From positions 59,520,001 to 59,584,000 of the forward strand of contig OX638156.1 in NCBI GenBank assembly GCA_951804945.1: DNA of 64,000 bases. The letters run 5' to 3'. Position 1 is the first letter of the stretch; every line of letters starts with the position of its first letter. Shown piece after piece: positions 49,261 to 63,087 of this stretch. This DNA comes from Podarcis cretensis (lineage: Eukaryota). The translations under genes and the position numbers were made by a program. The notes below the pieces were generated by a model. The model did no database searches. It saw nothing but the letters and a program-made list of their open reading frames with translations, and had not been told where the DNA came from.

Positions 49261-52200
49261 CAATGCAGCAAAGGTGTCACCCCAGGTATCAATGGGCAGA
49301 GAGTTTCAGAGTATACGGAGAACCCTATACCAACTATCCAACCTTTATGACTGTTCAGGACAAGGCAGCCATTTCTTAGGCAAATGGCTTTTGAGGACCC
49401 TGCTTGATTCTTCCAGTAAGAAGTGTCATCCCTATGAGGAATGGGTGAATAGCCATTTTTTACATCACATTTCTGAACAGTAACTCAAAGCTTGGCTATG
49501 TTCCAGGTAATTATACAAACTGTAGTTTGGAAATAAGTTAAATAAATATATGCCAGCTTTTACGCCTATTGCATGTCTGCAGGAACACTTCCCTGGAAAG
49601 GGTGTGATGAAAGGATTGAAGGAGAGGGAATGGGACCTACTCTAAATTTTGCGCCAGTGTAACAACAGTTGAACCCTCAAAATGTTTGCTGGACCACAGC
49701 TCCATCCTACCTGGCCATTGGCTATACAAGCTGGGGCTAATGGGAGCAGGAATCCAACATTTGGAGAGTAAGAGGTTTCCCATCCCTGGTTTAGTCTATA
49801 CCCAATTATCAGCATTAAAAATTACGGAGAAGTTGAGCCTAAAGAGCATGGAAGTCACCCACATCAGGCTCTGGGATAAATATAAATGGTTAGCCACACA
49901 CACACATCCAGAGATGCTGTAGCCACAGGATACAGAATGCAAAAAATTCTGGCCAAGTTAGTGTTGGTTGCTTTTTGTCTACTCCACAAGAACCCACAGT
50001 TCTCCCTTTCTCAAGCAAGAACTAGTGCATCTAACTGCTTCCTTTTGATGAAAAAGCAGACTTCTCTTGAGTTAACTAGCTATATTTATGGAATGTCTAC
50101 AATGTTCTTCTAGGAGTTCTTTTCCCGAGTTAATTTTAAAAAGCACACAGGTTACATATCACATTGTTCAGAAAACAATTTTTTTTCCTTTACACTATGT
50201 GGTCCACTTCACCATAAGTGAAAACATGCAAAGCTTTCCAAAAGTTTCAGAATCAAGAAAAAATGCAAATAAAAAGAGAAGCTTATAAGAAAAGTATTCT
50301 ATTTTTTGAAAATGTTACAAGTCACCATGATACACAAACAATGGGAATTATCAAGATATGGAACTAAGCCAAAAAAACCCAAACCATTTAGAGTTTACTT
50401 GAGCAATTGTTTTATTAAAGGTGCTCCAAAGTACTCATTGTCAAGTTTATGAGTTGCCAACTAAGCATCTACACTAAGCATGTGCCCAGGCTCCCCACTT
50501 CACCCTACTCCTCCACCCTATACTGCAGTCAAGGCAAGGCTTTTTTCATGGCTGACTGAAGCATGGGGAAATTGGGGGGTGGGTCACAGCTGGGAAGGTG
50601 AGGGCTAACCATTTCCCCCTCCAGCTGTGACCCTCATGCCAAAAAAATCCGATCCCAACTCCAAAAAGCCTTGTATTAGAGACTCATTTCAGGTCTAATT
50701 CTAGCAGCAGAGGGATAATTTTAAAAGGTGACCAAGTTGCTCTCTCTCAGGCTCATCTACTTTCACAGGTAAGTTGTGAAGCTGCAAAGATCTACTCACA
50801 AAAAAGAGAGGAAACAAATATAACTAAATAATATAACTGAACTTCAATAAAATTCAATTGACTCAGGCCTATTTTACCATGCTAGTTTTATTTGTAACTT
50901 CTTCACACGTAACACTAATCCAATGAACAAGTTTCCTAAATTTCCAAATAGCAGCAGCCGTGCACAGATTAGAGCAGGGGTAGGCAGCCCAGCACCTTGC
51001 AGATGCTCTGGATTCCAACTCCCATCAGCCACAGCCAGCTTCAATGGTCCAGGATAATGGAAGTTGTAGTCCAGCACATTTGGAGGGCACCAGGTTGTTT
51101 GCTCCTTGCTTAGAGCAATAAAATCTGCAGTTTGGGGGACATTTGTCAATATTAAAGCAGTTCAATGTGAGATCTGATACTTACAAAAGATTACCTCTTT
51201 AAGAACTGCTGTAATATATGTATTAAGTTCCCCCAAACTGTGAATTTCATTGCTCTAGTCTGGGGTAGACAACCTGGATTTAACTACTTTTTTAAACTCA
51301 GTAAAGCTGGTTAGATAATTAACTGGCTTTCTTAAGTTAAAGTAGTTCAATCATCTTCATGTTTCAAAAGAAAATAGGGCATCAAATGCAATCACATATT
51401 TCAAACAAGAGTTATTATGGATTTCAGCAAGCCTTTATGGTGAAAACCAACCACAAAGGGTCAAAACCTATTTCTACTAGCAATAGCAGAAGAAGAGTGT
51501 AGAAGTGTGTTCCCAACAATAGAGTAAGTCTTCTTGTCTCCAAGGAAGCCCTAAAGTGACCATCTATGACAAGTCAGTTGGGTCTTCTGTCATCCTTCAA
51601 CATTCAGAACCCACAATCTGTAGGACAAACAACTATATCCTAGTTCAGTCATAAATACTTGGATTGATACATGGAGGAATGGAGATCCAACTAGCAGTTT
51701 CAATCAAGTTTCCACCCCACCCCCCTTTTCAACTTCCACTTAATACTTCTGAGTACAAAACTAGCAGCCACTGATATAAACAGTTCTTTCAAGTATAGTA
51801 AGTACAACTCTTAATTCAGGAAACCTTGCTAAACAGTGCTGGTCAGAAATAACTAGCATTTTCTAAGGTATCTGCCAAAAATCAGTAAATTTTTCTCTGA
51901 ATTTCAGTACCCTGAGGAACATACAAAATGTCTGAGAGTCACACTCTGCTCAGCTATAAGGATTCACCACATCCACACACACACACAAGGTTGGCATTGA
52001 AAGTTAATACTAACAAAGGAAATTTTGGCAAACACACAGGATTCACAACTGGCCAAAATGCCTGGATGTGTATTTTTTAAATGCATTTATAGCTTTTGCT
52101 ATAACCACTGGGTTGGGGACAAATGGGAAATTGTCTCCTCTATAATTTGTAGGCTTTAGTCAAACGTCTTAAGGTGTGGACTAAATATTTTGCAGGTGCC

Positions 52201-52990
52201 TAAAAATATGATGGTGACACCTATGAATCTTAATTTTTTAAATCTTAAGTTTTTAGATTTTTTTACTACCTATGCACACAAACTGTATTTGAACAAAACA
52301 AACAAACAAACAAACAAATCCTGCATAGCAGCACTAATAGTTAATCTGAAATAGCCAGAAACATATGATTTTCAAACATGTCAATACAGAACAGCGGTAA
52401 GAAGATTATTCTTTCAGCATTCAGTTTCTCCCAACTGATTAAAGTTCAAGTTGCTACTCATTAAACTTATTTCAGCCCAAGAATGCATGTTAGTAGAAAG
52501 CCACATCTTGTGATTTTGCTTCTCTCCTAATTCTGGCAGATATGTTCCTATCTTTAAATAATTTATTCCACAATAGACACGGAGTATGGAGATTGCACTG
52601 GCAGCAAGTTTACTGAGTGAAAGTCATCTTCTCAAAATGCAGATGCCTATTACCCATGTCTGTTCATTTCAATGGGTCTACTCTAAGTAGGACTAGCACT
52701 GGGTGCCACTTATAGTTTCCAAAGTACATCTTTATATCCAAAGTTGAACACAGAAATGCTAATTCTAGCACAGCTCATAATGGGGACATGTGTATTTTAA
52801 AAAGACAGCATAAAATATAATAAACTGACAGTCATTTAGCATGGTATACATTCCTCCAAACATGTCAAACTTGGCTGAATTATGGCAGGGGTGAAGAACC
52901 TGTGGTTCTCCAGATGTTGCTGCACACCACCCACAAAGGCAGAAAAATGAACTTCCTTTGGGGAGCAAACTAGTTTCCTATTGGACACTA

Positions 52991-53227
52991 CAGTCATACC
53001 TCATGTTACGTCCGCTTTGTGTTATGTTCCTTCAGGACCCGAAAGTACTGGAAAGGGTTACTTCCGGGTTTCGCCGCTCGTGCATGCGCAGAAGCGCAAA
53101 ATGACGCCACACGCATGTGCAGAAGCAGCGAATGGCAACCCATGCATGCACAGACGCAGGTTGCGCTCTTTTCATGTTGCGGACGGACCTCCGGAATGGA
53201 TCCCGTTCGCAACCAGAGGTACCACTG
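52991..53227. mobile_element. Tc1/mariner-type MITE, family 3
   Basis: ta-cagtcatacctc ... gaggtaccactg-ta; CpG-rich gcatgcgcagaagc subrepeats. Confidence 0.8.
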
Positions 53228-54877
53228 TATTCTGCCTCAACATAAGGCAGTGCTGTATAACCCATGATGATGAGCTTCATCAATTACAGATAAGTTGCTG
53301 GATTCAGCCTCCACCTCACTTTTGTTGCAGGCACCACTATCCAGGCAGATGCTCTTGCAGGGGCTCCCTCAAATATTACATTGCCCTTCACTCCTGACTA
53401 CTGGTCATGCTGGCTAGGACTGATGGGAATCTTGAGGATTAGGGTGTTTTACTTCCTCAATCAGAACATCAAAACGTTTGGTGTGTTGTTGTTGTTTTTT
53501 TAAAAACTCCCTCAGTCTTGCTTTTAAAACTTACCAAAGATAAACATCCTAACATGTTGATCAAGTATTTTGAAAGCATTACCTCTTGCTAGAACAAAAA
53601 AGATACTTTATCAGGAGATCTGCTACATCTCCTAGATACAGACACGAACTAGTGAACCTTTATTGTGAAACAATGTATTTTTAAAATGTAATTAATGCAA
53701 TATTATAACTGAACAATGTTAACTAAGGTTTATGTAAATTTGGAGAATTCACAAAACAGTTCTTTCCTTTGCTGCTGCTGCTGCTGCTTTTGAAACACTT
53801 GAGTCAGACACCTCTTAATTTACCTTTTTAAAAAAACAAAAACAAAAAACCCAGCAATATATCTCAGTATGAAAGGTAGCTGGGCTATGGAGACAGCAGT
53901 GCTTGTCCTAGGCAACAATCTCTGACACTGATGGCTACTTGTGTTCCTTTTCCTGATCAGAGATGTCTGCCACAGAGGCACCCATTCAACAAGAACAGTG
54001 CCGCCAGTATTGCATGGACTGGAATCGTAAAGAAAACGGAAGAGTGGCACATTGTCTTAATTCTCAAGATTAATTTCAACAAAACTAAAATTCATCAGAA
54101 GGATTGAGCCTTTTTGACAAGAACAACATAGCAATCATGCTTCCACATCTTCCCTCACCATGGTAAGTGTGCTGTAAACGTCTGGCAAGAATGGTGAGCC
54201 CCCAGCTTTTCTCCTGAACTATAGAGCTGCGTAATTTCTGCCCCAACAGGTGCATGGAGATATCCAGCCCCCTCCCAAGCTCCAAGCTTGGGAAGAAGGC
54301 CAGGGTCTTTTGGGATGTATTGGTGAGGCACCTGGAGTGCTCTGGCAATGTAGAACCAAACAGGCAAGCCCTCTCCCCAATCACGCAGCAGGAAAGGGCA
54401 GCACTTGGTTGAACCATTGCATGGTTGAATGGCCAAAGTAGCAACTGTTATGCCTCATTTTCCTCAAAAAAGGGAGGCAGGAAGCTTCTCCAGCTGCACA
54501 GTAGCCAAATCAGCAAGGTCTCTGGTTGCCTTTCCTGAAACAGAAAGGCAAGCAGACAGGAGGCAAGCACGAGACCTCCGGGTATAGGGCGGTATAGAAA
54601 TTCAATAAATAATAAAGTAATTATAATGGCTGCACAGCAGCTCCAAGCAACAAGGGGATGTTGAGAGCTCCGAGCTCAGCCAGCAGCTGCGGAGCCCTGC
54701 TTGTAGGGTCATTTGCACCAACCCCAATTATTTCTGCTACCTCACTAATAATTCATTATAATTTAAGGTTTCCCTTTTTAAAAAAGAAAGAAACCTACAT
54801 AAATAATATAATTCCAAGAAGTTAGAAGTTCAAACACAAGTGTTCTAGAATACTTTCAGTATTGCTTCATAAAAGAT

Positions 54878-55365
54878 TCAGGTAGGTAGCCATGTTGGTC
54901 TGTCACAGTTGAAATAAATAATAAAAATAAAAAACTGTCCAGTAGCACCTTAGAGGGGACGCAGGTGGCGCTGTGGGTTAAACCACAGAGCCTAGGGCTT
55001 GCCGATCAGAAGGTCAGCAGTTCGAGTCCCCACGATGGGGTGAGCTCCCGTTGCTCGGTCCCTGCTCCTGCCAACCTAGCAGTTCGAAAGGACTTCAAAG
55101 TGCAAGTAGATAAATAGGTACCGCTCTGGCGGGAAGGTAAACAGAGTTTCCGTGCGCTGCTCTGGTTCGCCAGAAGCGGCTTAGTCATGCTGGCCACATG
55201 ACCCGGAAGCTGTACGCCAGCTCCCTCGGCCAATAAAGCGAGATGAGCATCGCAACCCCGGAGTCGGTCATGACTGGACCTAATGGTCAGGGGTCCCTTT
55301 ACCTTTGCCTTTAGCACCTTAGAGACCAACTGCTACTGGACAATTTTTTTATTTATTTCAACTTC
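54878..55365. mobile_element. Penelope-like terminal-repeat remnant with inverted arms, hosting a Sauria SINE
   Basis: caggtaggtagccatgttggtctg...ccagtagcaccttagagaccaac resembles recalled lizard Penelope ends; inverted copy tgctactggaca...atttatttcaact follows. Confidence 0.55.
54956..55311 (+). mobile_element. Full-length Sauria SINE (subfamily A)
   Basis: 13-bp TSD tagcaccttagag at 54943-54955 and 55312-55324. Confidence 0.93.
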
Positions 55366-56779
55366 ATAAAAGGTTCCCCAAGCTGCCTTTAGTGCAGTTT
55401 GCACAATAAATGTATTATTTCAAACTCAAAAAAGACGGCTGTAGAAAAGTAAGTGGCCTGCAAGTCATTTTGAAGGCAATGCTGGGTTTAAAGAATACTG
55501 AATATAAATGAATTCTGGAGCAATTTGTAAGAGTTTCTTACAAAGCCTTTAGCTAGTTATTATCATTACATGAAAGACTCACTGAAGGCCATGAGATTTG
55601 TCCTTCACAAAGAAGCATCTCTTACTTTTAGTGAAAAGACCTGTGTGGTATTTTTAGAAAATAATTGCTTTTGTTTAATACAAACACACCTATCGGTTAC
55701 TGGGGTCAGGCTCTAAAAAAAAAAAAAGTCATGAAAGTTTAACACAGCAACTGGCTACACACTGAATCAACTGCCTGATCCCTATAGTGACACGAAGAAA
55801 CTCTGTCCCCCTTCCCCGCCAGTGCCTGAAGCAAGTTTTGCACTTTTTTTTTTTTAAAAAAAAGATAGCTTACTCAAAGCATGCAAGAGTCAACACTGAC
55901 AGCTATGCCAGCATTCAATTTGTCAGTATTCATGTCTGTTTGGGAGGAAGCCAGACTCACAGCTCATCTTGAGAATTTGCTGTGTACTCTATTTTTGTAT
56001 TACGTCTTTCAAACTCAGGAGCACATTTTAACACACCTTGAACTTAAAAGCCCAAATCCAATGAAAAGTCCTACAAAAAATAATGGGATAGTGGCAACTA
56101 ACTTTCTCCACTGGTTTCAATGGAACTTGGGGCTAAATTGCATGCCAAACAAACGCAATAATTTTATTCACAAATAAAGCGGGGTGCCTTATCCACATGA
56201 AATGGAACTAAGAGGTGAATGAAGCTTAGCCACATGTGCTTAGTCCACCATATTTCACTTTGCTCTGATGCTTCAAGTGCTTTTCACTCAACCAATCGCA
56301 TAATTAAGGAAAGTGAGTCAGGCTGGTGCAAATGCTACTTGAATAGATGAGGGCAGGTGGGGTGTGTGATTTTGCTCCCCATGCCCACACATTTTTTTCA
56401 TGCAAAAATAATAAAGAAAGGGGTGAAAAGACACACACATTTGCTTTAAGTGTGACTAGGGGACACACATGAATGCAAACATGGTTGGCCCATTACATGT
56501 GGTTTGGGTCTTAGTCACTACTAAGTTTAGCTAGAGAAGGGTCAAATTTTTTTATTTTATTTTTTTGGTCTCAGCAGACAAGAATCAGCTCTTTAAATAT
56601 TACTTTCACCAATGGGAGAACAGAGAAACCGACATATCAGTGATCTGAAGGACAATTCCAATACAGCATTTACAGCATTAATTCTTATATAACTTAAGCA
56701 AAAAAAAAGCATAATTTTCAACAGTTGCTATTGTAAGCTATTTGCATAGTTTTTCTTATCATGCGGTTCATTCATTCAT

Positions 56780-56980
56780 TGCATTTGTATCCCACCTTTT
56801 TCTTCAGTTACTTCAAAGTGGCGTACGTGGTTCTCCCTGTCCTCATTTAATCTCCACAACAACCTAGTGAGGGAAGTTAGGCTGGGAGGCAATGACTGGC
56901 TCAAGGTCACCCAGGGAGCTTCCTGGCTGAGTGGAGATTTGAACCCTGGTTTCCCAGGTCCTAGTCCGACACCCTAACCT
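56780..56980 (-). mobile_element. Older tRNA-derived SINE
   Basis: Same head and core as the 8053 copy. Confidence 0.75.
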
Positions 56981-57214
56981 TCACCTTCTTACCTCACAAA
57001 ATATTTCCATTTGAATGATCTTTTCTTCATTAAAGCTAGACTCGAGGGAAATGCTTAAATAAATGCCACCACTTTAAAAGCAGATTTCCCCATAAATTCT
57101 ATACTGAGTCAATAGTTGTATCTTTAAATGCATCTTTTTTACATGCAACTTCAATAATAGGGTTTTTTTTAAAAAAAATCTGGCCTTGTGTAATTAATGG
57201 TTATTAGCAGTACA

Positions 57215-57579
57215 TAAAGGTAAAGGTAAAGGTACCCCTGCCCGTACGGGCCAGTCTTGACAGACTCTGGGGTTGTGCGCCCATCTCACTCAAGAGGCCA
57301 GGGGCCAGCGCTGTCCGGAGACACTTCCGGGTCACGTGGCCAGCGTGACATCGCTGCTCTGGCGAGCCAGAGCCGCACATGGAAACGCCGTTTACCTTCC
57401 CGCTGGTAAGCGGTCCCTATTTATCTACTTGCACCCGGAGGTGCTTTCGAACTGCTAGGTTGGCAGGCGCTGGGACCGAGCAGCGGGAGCGCACCCCGCC
57501 GCAGGGATTCGAACCGCCGACCTTTCGATCGGCAAGTCCTAGGCGCTGAGGCTTTAACCCACAGCGCCACCTGCGTCCC
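57215..57579 (-). mobile_element. Full-length Sauria SINE (subfamily B)
   Basis: Nearly identical to the 18825 copy; no clear TSD. Confidence 0.92.
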
Positions 57580-57968
57580 TGACAAAAGTATAGATATGAT
57601 CAACCAATGCTCAATTTTAACACCAGAAGTAGATAGTACTGGTATTGTAACAACAGCGCTGGAAAAATCCCTGGCACTGAAGCTTATGAATTTCATCATC
57701 TCTGTGTAGTAAGCTTGTCACCTATACATTTGATGCTGGTATAACAGGATTTAAAATATTTCTTGCCATGCCTCCTAAAGTAATACAGGCACCTTCCCAC
57801 CTGCGTGTGCGATCAGCATGTGCATGACTGCTGACACACATGCAGTGTTCAGCACTCAAAGGGAGCAGGGTGGGAGCAGAACGCAGCAGAGTAGGATGGA
57901 CTGGATTTGCACCCATCGCACTGGCACGTGTGGCAGCCAGGAACCCCTGTACTAATACTGAACTACCA

Positions 57969-58014
57969 GAGAGAGTGAGAGTGAGTCAGTGAGTGAGTGA
58001 GAGAGAGAGAGAGA
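57969..58014. repeat. Compound (GA)/(GAGT) microsatellite
   Basis: gagagagtgagagtgagtcagtgagtgagtgagagagagagagaga. Confidence 0.85.
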
Positions 58015-61000
58015 ATGACCACATGATTTGCAATTATCCCTAGTTGCGTATCAATGCAATTGTATGGCCAAAAGAAGCCAAAACATGATTTGCATCTCAA
58101 TTTTGTCCTTTTAAGCCATGATATTTGGTTGTGTCGACAGACTCAACCTATTTTGGCTATTTTGAACTACATTTCTTTACTGTGTTATTATTAAAAGCAG
58201 AGTTTAAAGAAATGTTTGGGCAATCTTGATCAACTGATATTTGATGTTAAAACAGTCTAGTAAGCCTTTTAATACTACACCAAAGCTCAGATTGTTATCA
58301 AGTTTCATTTCAAAGAATTGACAAGGTCATTTAGGAATTTCATCCCTGGGAATGTAAGAACTGGAAGGTTACATAGCTCAATGTGTTGCCCAGAGGGATA
58401 AGTCAGCTGAGTTTTTCATTCTTACTATGCCAAGTTCCTTGGGAAAGGAGAAGGATTAAGAAAGATGTTCAATTTGCAGAAAAATCAACAAAAATGAGTA
58501 AGACAAAGCACTGCTGAAACCTTCTAAACTAGGCATAAACAATGTATTATCAACAGGCTACATACTGCCTGCCAAGAAATTTCGTCTGGAATAGCTTTTA
58601 GCCAAGAAGTGAGTTGTCATATGCAACCGCAGGACTTTGTATGGGTCAGGGTAGAAATCTTGGTGAACACTTGATTCACATACACTGACTTATCACTTCC
58701 AGAAGCAGTGCTAAGGTACAGTGAAGGACTGGATAGGGGTTAAACTGATATTCAGTTCAGACAAGGAGGTATTGCTGATAGGTGTTTCTTGGTGGTTGGT
58801 GTTCAAACTGTTCTGAAAGGGGCTGCACTCCCCACAAAGGATCAGAGTGTTTGGGAATCAAACATTGTCACTAGAAGCGCAAGGAGCTTATGTGGTTCAA
58901 AACAACTTTAATCACCTTCATCTGATACACCAGCTATGGCCATATGAGGATGGGGATAGCTTGGCCATGGATACAGACACACTGGTAATCTCCAGCTACT
59001 GCAATGCCTTTAAACGATTATCTAGAAACTGTAGTTGGTTCAAAATAGGACCATAAGATTATTAACTGGAGCTGGCCATTTCAATTACATTATGCCAGTG
59101 TTTTATCAGCTTCACTAGCTTCTGGGCTGAATTTAAAGTGGTATTTTGAAACTTTAAAGCAGGAGTTGGGAAAATGAGGCCCTCCAGATGGAGATGGGTT
59201 CCTACTTTCATCGCCCTTGACCACTAGCCATGCTGGCTGATGGAACTGGAGTCTGTGTGCCCCTGTAAAGTGATACAAGTGACTATTAGGAAGAGGGCCT
59301 CCTTGGTTGTAGAACACTTGCTGTAGAATAACCTCCAAATAGAGGCCCTCCTAGTACCTACTTTATTGTCTCTTGGGCAGCAGGTGAAGATCTTCATAGC
59401 CATCCAGGCCTTTTAAACACCTAGCATTTTAAACTTGCAAATTCTGGGCTCTCATTGTGTAAGTGTGTTTTATTTTACTGAGCTATTTAAAAAGCTCTAT
59501 GCTGCATTTTATTATCTTTCTTGATACTTGTAATTATTATCCTGCATTTTATTCTCTGCCCCATATGCTACCCAGGGAACATGTGTTGATAAGTAGCCAT
59601 ATAATTCTAGTAATAAACAAAGATAGGAGCACTGCCAAATATAGGAAGGCCAAGTTTCTATAACCATGCCTTGCCAATTGCTTGAAAATATTTCCACTTG
59701 CAGAAACATGATGTAGAGTAGTATGCATTACTTTTGAGCTATTCATCTCTCCTCTGGGCATATAAGAATGCAATTAAAATCTCCATGAGTAACTTGTCAA
59801 AAGAACACAAATTTTTCATTCAGTTTGCAACCCTGTACATATGTGCACACCCCAAAAGCAGCAGTTGCACACTTGTAAAGTTATGTAACTTTGCAACACT
59901 GGAATTTGCCCTGAAGGTCATTGTAGGGCACAAATTTCAAGTTGAACATGAAATAAAATGTCAAAGGCCAAATGGACAGTGAAAGCAAACATGAGTGGGT
60001 GGATAGTATTGCAAATCTGAATCTGGTAGACCTGAGATTGACTCCTGTCTCTGCCATGATATACATTTGCCATCTGTAAAATGGAAACAATAGTCCTACT
60101 TCTACAGGTACAAATATGAAGACTATAAAGTACTTTGAAAATTAGGAAACTTGCCTTGTAAAAATAAAGGGTGGTAGCTAATGCTTGGTCTACTCAGAGT
60201 AGAATCAATGAAATTAATTGACATTAATCAGTAGGACTAGCTAAATAAACAAGGGGGTGTCCAAGGACAACAGCTGCCATTTGTACTACATTGTTTTCAT
60301 GGCTAACAACAATTGCTTTTCCACCCTTTCAAACTTATGGTTATAGACTCAAAGGCTGGAAGAAGAAAAAGATAGCCCTCCTTGTTATGAATGAACATGG
60401 AGCTGACTTTCTGTGTCCATCTATACTTGGAGCAACAGTGGAGAAGAGAAAGTGCAGCCAAGATATCCTACTGTGTTTGCTCAGGTGGACAAACAGAGCA
60501 GGGTTTGCAGTGCTCATGCTCTCTCTCCCTGTCTGCTGTCACCACCACCCCCAGCCATAAAGAGCAGCACAAAGTGCAGTCAGAAACTAGGGACAGCCAT
60601 AGTCACCGGAAAGCAATATTTCTACACCACAGGCAATCAGGTGAGTATTTTTGTTCACAGGCATGGTAGTTGATTTAACGATTTACATCTAATACATTTT
60701 TTAAAAAAATAAATAAAATAAAATCAGTCTTTAGGCACATTTTTCCTAGACAGCAATCCACTTCTTTCATTTAGACAGGGCTGGGAAACCTTTGCCGCCA
60801 TGCCCCCAAGTGCGGGTTAAGACTGATGGGAACTGAAGTTCAGAAACTTCTGAAGGGCCAACATTTTCCTACCCGATTTAGGACCTGGAAACTAAAATCA
60901 ACACATATTTCTCAGCATCCACGACTGCATGACTAGCCAGCACAAATGACCTAGATGCTTGCACATTTCAAACGACAATTACAATGTATCCCAGAAGAAT

Positions 61001-62479
61001 ACTACTCTCTTTCAGGTACAATAACTGGGTTTTCCTCACAGCTAAGGAAAAGCCCTTCTTTCTGAAGACCACTGTTGACTGGCCTCATACTACCAACCAT
61101 ATAAGAAATATGAGTTGCCAACTGACCAAATATCTTTGCACCAGGGCACATGCATTCAATATTCAGCAGCTATCAGCTATCATTTGAGCAAAATCCACTT
61201 GCTCAATAGGAATCCAGTCTTCAAAAGCATTCCGTGATGTAGATTTCAAAAGCATAGGCTACTATAAAGAAAAATGTTAAAATTTTAACTGCCCTGCTCC
61301 ATGTACACATGCAAAAGTATCAAGATTTTGATAAATATTTCCTTATCAGCAAAGGGAAACAATCAAATGAAGACTGGCATGGCCTGTAGCCTATTAGAAC
61401 ATAAGGCAATGTTAATTTCATTTCCCCGGTGCAGTAACCATCTCCTGAAGCAGGATCTGTAGGAATAATTCACACTATATGTTGAAAAAGCAATGTACAA
61501 GTAGCCAGACTTTCATTATAATTGTTTTTAATTTGCTCCTGTGTAAAAGTACAACTGCATTCACATTATGAGCTCCCATTTTTTTGAAGAGAACTCACAA
61601 TAATAGAGCCACAAAAATAAACTGTAATAAAGGAGACTAATTACTGCCTTAATGGGACAGACAGTCAAAGAGACAGACAAACAGACAGATTGGCATCCAA
61701 GTAAAGTAGCTTACATGGCAGAAGTCACAGAGGAGCATAATGCATTCCATAACTGGAACCACACTATGACAAGTCAATGACAACTGTGCAACACAGGCAG
61801 TTTTCTGCTGTGAGTTTCTATCAGCAGGTAAAAACTAACGAAACCTAAACCATAAAATCCATAATTATCACACCATTGATTTTATGTGATAGCTGCACCT
61901 CATCATTCCCTTGTTGGCGCTCTCTGTCGAAACGGCTATACCTGTCAGCGCAGATGCCAGTTTCAGGAGAAGGTATTGCCCGTGAAGTGAAATAGGACAA
62001 CTAAATCAGGTTATGCAACTGGCCACAAAAGCATCACCTCAATGGTAGCTGTTGGGATGAGCCACTCCCATGATTCCTCATGAGCTCCCAGGCTCAACTC
62101 CCCCTTCCTATGTAGACAAAGGAAGACATTATGAGCCTGCGGCATGCACCACACTAGCCCAGAGGCTTCAAAAGTATCTTCAAAAATGTCTGAGTAGCAT
62201 CTCTGGTACAAAAGGCCTTTCAGCAGCTAAGCAGCACAAGTTGCAGCCCCTTTTAGATAAACCCCGGCTGGTCATTGTGACCCATAACGCTAAAACATCC
62301 AAGTCATATTTAATGGATGTTGTACATACCTTTGAAGACTAGGCTACTACAATTGATTCAGAACATGTAACTGGCCAGTCGGAACACATCTCACCAGTTC
62401 TTGGGTGTGAATTAAAGACTACATACCAAGAAAAGAACTATCAAATATTATCTCAATATATGATTACAGCAGAGAGACT

Positions 62480-63085
62480 TGTGTGGACAAAGATGGAAAG
62501 ACTTATTGTTTAATATGGAGGAATGGTTGTTGAGGTTACTGGAGACAAAGCAGATAGGTTTGAGAAGAGAAAAACCATTGCAGACATTTGTGTGAAAAAG
62601 AAAAGGAAATAATCCAAGACATTTGGGTCAGAGGATTGATGAAATACTGCCTAACAGAAAGTAGATCAGTTGGATGTCATTGTAAAGTGGATATTTTGAA
62701 TAATTTCTTGCATGTAACTGACAGACAGAAAATCAGAAGTCCTTCTTATTTTCTTTTTAGGTTTTCCTTTGGTGTCCCCTACTCTGGGCCGTTTTTGGGG
62801 TTAAGGATTACACACACATGAAGGGGATGGATGGTTGGTGGAAGGACCCTGAATGAGAGGCAGGGAAGGGAAGACCTTCCAGGATGAGAGACTAGGAGAA
62901 GGAAAGGAAAGCTCCCAGGTAAGAGCTGTGAGGATCCATCACTCAGTGGGAGACATGGGTTAAGAGAGGACTCTGCATTTTCTGTTTCCTTTTTCTCTGT
63001 GTTTTTGTTTTTATTTAGATTGGTTTCTTTTATCTTATTGTATTATGAAAACACTTTAATAAAATCTTATTTTTTAAAAAATAAA
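62480..63085 (+). mobile_element. Decayed L1-clade 3' end
   Basis: EEWLLRLLE...REKPLQTFV remnant; T-rich 3' UTR ending in aataaa and an A-rich tail. Confidence 0.55.
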
Positions 63086-63087
63086 TA

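Noticed and set aside
51178-51280. Another candidate cassette exon in intron 1 (GAG|gtaatc donor)
   Set aside because: Several weak competing acceptors and no independent support; indistinguishable from chance splice-like motifs
61815-61910. Possible C/D box snoRNA on minus (AUGAUGA ... CUGA)
   Set aside because: No terminal stem, no recognisable rRNA-antisense element, and atypical position deep in intron 1
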